Below are positions 53,001 to 59,800 of a stretch of DNA of 64,000 nt, piece after piece (the first letter of the stretch is position 1; each line of letters starts with the position of its first letter). A model generated the notes under the pieces. That model made no database searches. It was not told the DNA's origin and saw only the letters and a list, made by a program, of their open reading frames with translations. Made by a program: the position numbers and the translations under genes. This DNA is from Octopus sinensis (Eukaryota): positions 29,759,360 through 29,823,359 of the forward strand of contig NC_043019.1 of assembly GCF_006345805.1 (NCBI RefSeq), given 5' to 3'.

Positions 53001-56000
53001 TAAAAGGTATTATCCTTAGTAGTTAGGTTTCCACTTAGTTTCTGCTTTCTTGCTCTGTAACTTTTGAGTTCGTTCTTGAGTCTTTGTAATAGTAAGGCGT
53101 GTACTTTTACATTTCCAGACATCTTCTCAAATCTATGTTCCAAGAGTTGTAGTAGGTGTTCATTCGAATTGAGCTTCTTGACCAAAAACCGAACCATTGT
53201 TTCGAAATTGGTCTCTTCTTCGGCAGACCGTGCTCCTGCATTTGGCCGTGCTGTTATAGTAGCAGCACTATATAAGAGCAGGATCAATCCCAAGGCGAAT
53301 GCTGTCTCCATTATAATGAAAAATACTGGAAATGTTGTACAGCAGTTACTACTAGACAAGATCTGCCACCTGCTTCTTTCTTCCCCTCTAGCTAGTGGCA
53401 CTCTGATCATGGTTACTAGACAAGCTGTCTTAAATATCTGGATATATCTTTGTTATTTTACTCTCCCCTACCTTTCACTGTCTCATCATATACCTTTGTC
53501 TGACTAAATGACTTCAAAACTTCAAGGTGAAATTAGATACACCGGATATTGTTATAAATAATAGAAAACATCTCAGGGCTTTGTTTTTGCTTTAATTTTA
53601 TCTTTTTCTGTCTTTGTTTTTTTTCATTTCTTTTTTAAAAATTTTGTCCTCGCTCCATCTTTGTTTTCATTTCTCTCTCTTATATTTTTTTCATCATTGC
53701 TATGTTGCTTTTTTTTTTCTTTTTACTTATTTCATTTTATTTTTTTTCCACTACTATTGTCCTCACTCAGTTATTCTTCCTTTCAAAAGTCCCATCGTGT
53801 GAAACTTGTTCAACCCTAATTCTTACCTGTATCATTTACATTTACTTACAATAATTGCTGTCACAAACAATGATTGCCTTGTCGTCTGGCATATTCTGTC
53901 AAACTCAGAAGAAAATGACTTTCTATCCACCTTGCTATTTTCTGCCTTGTTCATTCCTTCTTTCATTTGTTGTAAAAACTGATTTGTTGTTGCCGTTGTT
54001 GTTGCTGTTGTTGTTGTCGTCATCGTCATTGTTCTTGTTCAATTTCTCTTCTCTTATGTTAAAACACCTTACATTTATTAATTTGCAATCAGTAAAACGA
54101 ATCTAATATAAACAGCCTGACTAATGCATACATCATGTCAATTATGTATGTCAGGAGGGGAGAATGTAATCAAACTGAAGACGAAAACAGTTTGCCAAAA
54201 TTTCCTCAACCACCCCTACCCATCATATCAGTGGAAGATGAGGGCTTGGTTTTTCTTTGCTTTTTGTTGGGTTTTTTTTTTGGAGGTTTTTTTTTAATAA
54301 TTTTTTTTCTCCTCCTGTACTTTGTATTTTTAACCTGCATCAAAAAATTATGTTTTCAGTGTTGTTCTTTCTTATATCCAAACAATTTTGCCATGGACTA
54401 TGCAAATTATTAAATAGCTAGCCAACTTGACATTTGCATCTCTATTGCTAACAACTAATTTCACGAGAAGACACTTACAAAATATAGCAATCTTCATTGT
54501 GCAAGGAAACTCATTTTATTTTATTGTCTCATTTTGTTCATTTTAGTTTCTAAGTTTGAACACTTAAACATTTTTTTTTGTTTTTGCTTTCATTCTTTTC
54601 TTTCATATTTATCAAAATATGAAATCTTTTTCAGTAATTTTTATTTTATTTTCCACTATGAACATTAAAAAGAATTTTTTAAATGAAAATGAACATGCAA
54701 TTACCGTTTGAATTCCTGTTTTTGTGTTATTGCATTTTACCTTGGGAAGACTATTTTACGACTTGACTGTTGAGTTCTCTCAAAGGAAATATTCTTTTAA
54801 AATCAACAAATGAACAGGTCGTTATGATTTGAGCCAATCCTTATTCAGAGTTATTGCCCATCTAGATAAGCTGAGAAGTTATTTCTTGCTTGCATGTTCT
54901 GTTTTGGCATGGTTTCTGAGGCAGGTTGGCCTTTCTACCAACAACCCAACTGAGAGGCACTGGGTGCATTTTAAGAAAGGACCACCTTGAGAGTTGTTCT
55001 TTCTCTTTCTCTCTCAAAAAACTAAGGAGAATCTCTTTTCCTTGAGTTGTCTCAATACATTTGTTCTTTTCTTTTTCATGCAGCTGGATGGGAAGAAAGC
55101 AAGAGAGAGAGGGGGGGAGTGGTTGAAGAGTAAAAGAAAAGAAGAACCCAAAGAACTGGAGTAAGAGGGTGATGGAAGAGAGAATATTGAGGAATAGAAG
55201 AGGGAGGGACAGTCAGCTACATGATGATTGTTGGTAAGCAGATTGAATAGAAACAGCATGAGTAGAGTGATGAAGGCAGAGAGAGAAAGAGAAAGGAGGC
55301 AATGTATGACAACAGGTGATAGAGGAGGAAGTAATTTGAGAGAGTGTTGGCTAGCAATGAAAATGGCCCAAGAATTGGAAGTGATTGGAGTAAATAATAA
55401 GTGATGGTGGGGAATAATGGGAAAGTGAGAGAGAGATTCAAAAAAGGAGTGATGGTTAGTAATAAAAAATGGCGGTGGTAATAGGATTTGAATACAGACA
55501 GATGTGCTGCCATCCTTTGTTACGAAGGCATCATGATAGGAGAGTATTTATTGATAGGTTGAAAGTTGAATCTGTACATTCAGATTTATGTGTAATTTTT
55601 TGGAAATCTTCCAGGCAACAAGCCACTAGAGGCTCATGAGTACACATATTGCTGCACTTTCTAGTAGATTTTAGTTTGGATAGATTCAATAATCCATTAT
55701 CCACTTTTGTATGAATACATCCCCCAGTACTTGTGTAGTACCCAGAAGTTATGCAAGTAGGGTTTGAGCATGTATGCAACCCTGCTTTACTTCCTGGGCA
55801 ACCAGAAAAAGAGCTAAGCTATTGTTCCCTCGAGAGATTGTGGCATATGTATATGACAGACAGATGAAGCTGCTTTATTATCTAACCAAATTTGTCTGGA
55901 CACCTATAGCTTTTGAGCAGGTCAGTGCTAGGAAGTGTGGGGCCTAATTAGAGAATTGTCAGTGGGGCCCTCTTCTCTAGAAAAGCAGAAGTTTGAGGTT

Positions 56001-56835
56001 TTACACTTTGTGTAGTATGCCAGTCCCAAACAAAAAGCATTGAGGGCTTGAGGCTCCACCATTAGCCACAATGATATACTAAAAGTTCATCATAGCATCC
56101 TCTGTTCAAGTGTGTGCATGGGGCCCTCTCTTGGCATGGGGCCCAATTTGTCAAAATTTATCTAGTTGACTTAAAATGAGGGCTTACAGATCCTGCTTGA
56201 AAACTTATGAGCAGGGTCTGTAAGTCCTCACTTCCCATACTGTTGAAAGCCTCAATAATGTCAGTAAATATGATGAAAAGTGGGATGTGTTCTTTTACAG
56301 CCTTTTTGTGAATTTTTTGCAAGGTGAAAATAATACTGTCGGTGTTCTTAGACATACAACATCCATACCAGCTTTCTGGTAGAATTAGCTTGGATACTTT
56401 TTACAGTCTCTCCAGTAGTATTTTTGCTAGAATTTTCGCTGCAATTAACAGAAGGGAAATTCCTCAATAGTTTCCTATTTCTTTATTGCCCAAAATGGGT
56501 TAAACATAGAGGGGACAAACAAGGACAGACAAAGGGATTAAGTCAATTACATCAACCCCAGTGTGTAACTGGTACTTAATTTATCAATCCTGAAAGGATG
56601 AAAGGCAAAGTCGACCTTGGTGGAATTTGAGCTCAGAACGTAACGACAGGCGAAATACCTATTTCTTTACTACCCACAAGTGGTTGGCGTTAGGCAGGGC
56701 ATCCAGCGGTAGAAACACTGCCAGATCTGACTGGAGCCTGGTGGAGCCTCCTGGCTTCCCAGACCCCGGTCGAACTGTCCAACCCATGCTAGCACGGAAA
56801 ACGGACGTTAAACGATGATGATGATGATGATGATA

Positions 56836-56872
<37 letters not shown>

Positions 56873-59800
56873 TAGTCACTAGGAATATCGCTAATCCAAT
56901 TACACGCTTAGAATGATGTCGGTTATTTTAACGTTAGTTTGCTAATAATATATTTGACCCTGCAGACACTTCATTATCAACCTGGCTACTTTTGTTTAAC
57001 TGGGAACTTACACAACAAGTAGAATATTTTTTCACCAGCTGTGCATCATGCCAGACCTGTCATTGTGGCTACGATTCTGACAGTGTTACTCTCTCAGTCA
57101 TGTTTGTAAAGTTACAATAACACTGTTAAATAGTTTAGTTTAGTTGAAGAGGCTTTCCTTTTGTTTTGTTTTGTTTTTTGGGAATTTTTTGTGCCAAGTT
57201 TTTATTTGCTTTTTTTTTTGTCTTGTCACTTTAAATTTCTTATTTCTTCATGACCAAGTTTTTTAGTTGACACTAAAATATGTAGTTTTTTTATAATTTT
57301 ATTTTTGGATTTTTTTTGTTACAGTTTCTTTTGTAGTTATGTGGTGGATTTTTTTTTTGTTGTTGTTTAGTCATAGGTAAACCCTGATCAAGAAGGCCTA
57401 TGATAAAAGACATTCTATCCTTGATCATCCCATTTATATTTTGCTTTTCTTTCTCATTGATTTATATAGGTTACTTTATTATAATCAAGTTTATAATGAC
57501 ACTAAAATATGTATTTTTAAAAAAATTTATTCATTCTTGTGGTTTTTGTTGTTGTTTGGCCTTCTCTCTTATCTCCAGGTTCCAACTCTGATGAAACAGA
57601 CCAGTGATTAAATGCCTTCCAGCCATGACAATCCCCACCTTTCTCATATATTGTGATGTTCCTCCAGATTTCATTCTTCATCATCCACTTATTTTCTTTA
57701 AATGGTAGAGGGATGATTTGATGGAGATATGGCTGTTTTTTCTAGCAAGTTGAATGACCACATCGTCCCCATCATGGCTATGTCTATCTAACCTGATATA
57801 TTAACCGTTTAGCATTTAAATTGGCCATATCTAGCATAGATATGTTCAAAGTTGCCAGATCCAACCTCTTTCACCTATTCAACAATGTCATTCCGAAAAT
57901 AACAATCACATTCTGATCTTTTATTTTATGACTGTATCAAACAGGTGTAGCAAGGCAAACTTGTCTGTGTCTAGGTGACAGGACGTCCTGTAAAAATTGC
58001 CTAAAGAAAAGCAATGGGGAGAAGAAAAACCTTTGTTATTCTCTTCTAAAAAGTTCATTGACTTGCACAAAGTGCTTGTCAGGGATTGTTCATTGATTTG
58101 ATGGTACAGAATAAAGGATAGGAGGTAGAGACCATTACAGGAAAATGTCCTTCAAGATTTGGATCTGAGTCATAGCATATTTAACTCTTTAGCATTTAAA
58201 CTTGCCATATCCGGCTCAACTATTCCTATGTGTTTTATGTTCAAAACAGCCAGATCTGGCCTCCCACATATACGCTACAACATCATTCTAAAAATAAACA
58301 ATCAAATCATTGAAATCTCGAAGTTATGAGATAATGCATGATTAATTCAAAACAATGTGAATAAATAAGCATTACATTTGATAGAGTAATCTGAATGCTT
58401 AGGGTTAAATTGGACTTATCTGGCCAAAATATTCTTACCTGATTTGTGCTCAAAACAATCAAATCAGGCTTCCCACATCTACCCTACAATATCATTCTAA
58501 AAATATTCAATCACATTAATGAAGACACAGAGCTACAAGATAATGCCTGATTAAATCAAAAGAATGTAAATAAATAAGCATTAAATAAGCAGAAGGGTAA
58601 TATTCCTTACCATCTGGAGTTTTGATTTGTTGACAAGGTGTTGCTGGCAACATGTTTTATTCAGATTTATACTCTACAAAAAAAAATCTATGAGATAATG
58701 CATGTTGAGCCTCATTCCTTTCTAGTGTTGGGCCTCATTCCTTTAAAGTGTTGGGCCTCATTCCTTTCGAGTGTTGAGCCTCATCCCTTTCAAGTGTTGG
58801 GCCTCATTTCTTTTGAGTGTTGGGCCTCATTTCTTTTGAGTGTTGGTCCTCATTCTTTTTGAGTGTTGGGTCTCATTCCTTTCGACTGTTGGGCCTCATT
58901 CCTCTCGAGTGTTGGGCCTCATAGAGGCAATGACCGAAGCCTTGTTGTGCTTGAGAAGAAGACCCATCAAGCCGAGCAAAATTACATGGCAGATACTGGT
59001 GTCATGCAAATGGCACATAAAAGCACCCATTACACACTCAGAGTAGTTGGCATTAGGAAGGGCATCTAGCCATAGAAAACCATACCAAATCAGACTGGCA
59101 TCTGGTGCAGCTTTCCTGCTTAGCAGCCCTGGTCAAACTGTGCAACCCATGCCAGTATGGACAACAGATGTTAAATGATGATGAGGATAATGATGAATAA
59201 ATAAGCATTACATTTAACGGAGTTATCTGAATGCTAAACGGTTTAACCTTTTCATTACCAACCCAGCTGAAACCGCCTCTGGCTCTGTAGTACAAATGTC
59301 TTGTTTTCTTAGGTTTTGAATTAAAATCTTCCACCAAACCTTAGTCACAATTTATGTTACTAACACTAGCTTAATGGCAACTAAGTTATTTTACTAAATT
59401 CTTTGTTATATTTAAAGTAATTGAAAGAAACACTGAGCATCTCAAAATAGATACAGTAATGAAAGGGTTAACCTAGTTGAGGTGCAGATATTACCTTTTG
59501 TGGTTTAGAAGTTCTCTTTGCAGTTATTTAGTTTGGGATTCAATGTCAATGCACAGCACCTGAAACAAACTTCTACCATAACATTGGGTTGACTTGAATC
59601 TTGTGAGTAAATTTGAGTAGATGGAAACTGTGAAAGTCTGTTCAATAGATTAAAACTGTTCTTGAGTGATAGACTTACCGTAAATCCTCGATTATAGTCC
59701 GCCCTTGAGTATAATACGCAGGAGATTTTTAGGGGGCTGTACCTCTGAAAAACCTAAACCTTGTGTATAATACTCACCCCATCTCTAACTTGAGTCAAGG

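Noticed and set aside
53312-53410. 33-aa N-terminal extension (MIRVPLARG...) of the nested ORF
   Set aside because: It precedes a clean signal peptide and spans a candidate splice acceptor at 53326-53327. It is more likely intronic or UTR, although this is not excluded.
50057-53507. Plus-strand and alternate-frame ORFs overlapping the nested gene (e.g. the Val-rich 52429-52710)
   Set aside because: They are reverse-complement translations of (CAA)/(AAC) codon repeats.
54135-54413. 92-aa plus-strand ORF (…[17 protein letters not shown]…) as an extra DNAJC21 exon or a small gene
   Set aside because: The acceptor is weak, the nearby GT donors I checked give the wrong phase, the second half is a T-run artefact, and exons 10 and 11 already join seamlessly.
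58702-58922. Regular 23-bp repeats resembling a CRISPR array
   Set aside because: The units are contiguous with no unique spacers, there are no cas genes, and the context is eukaryotic. It is a minisatellite.
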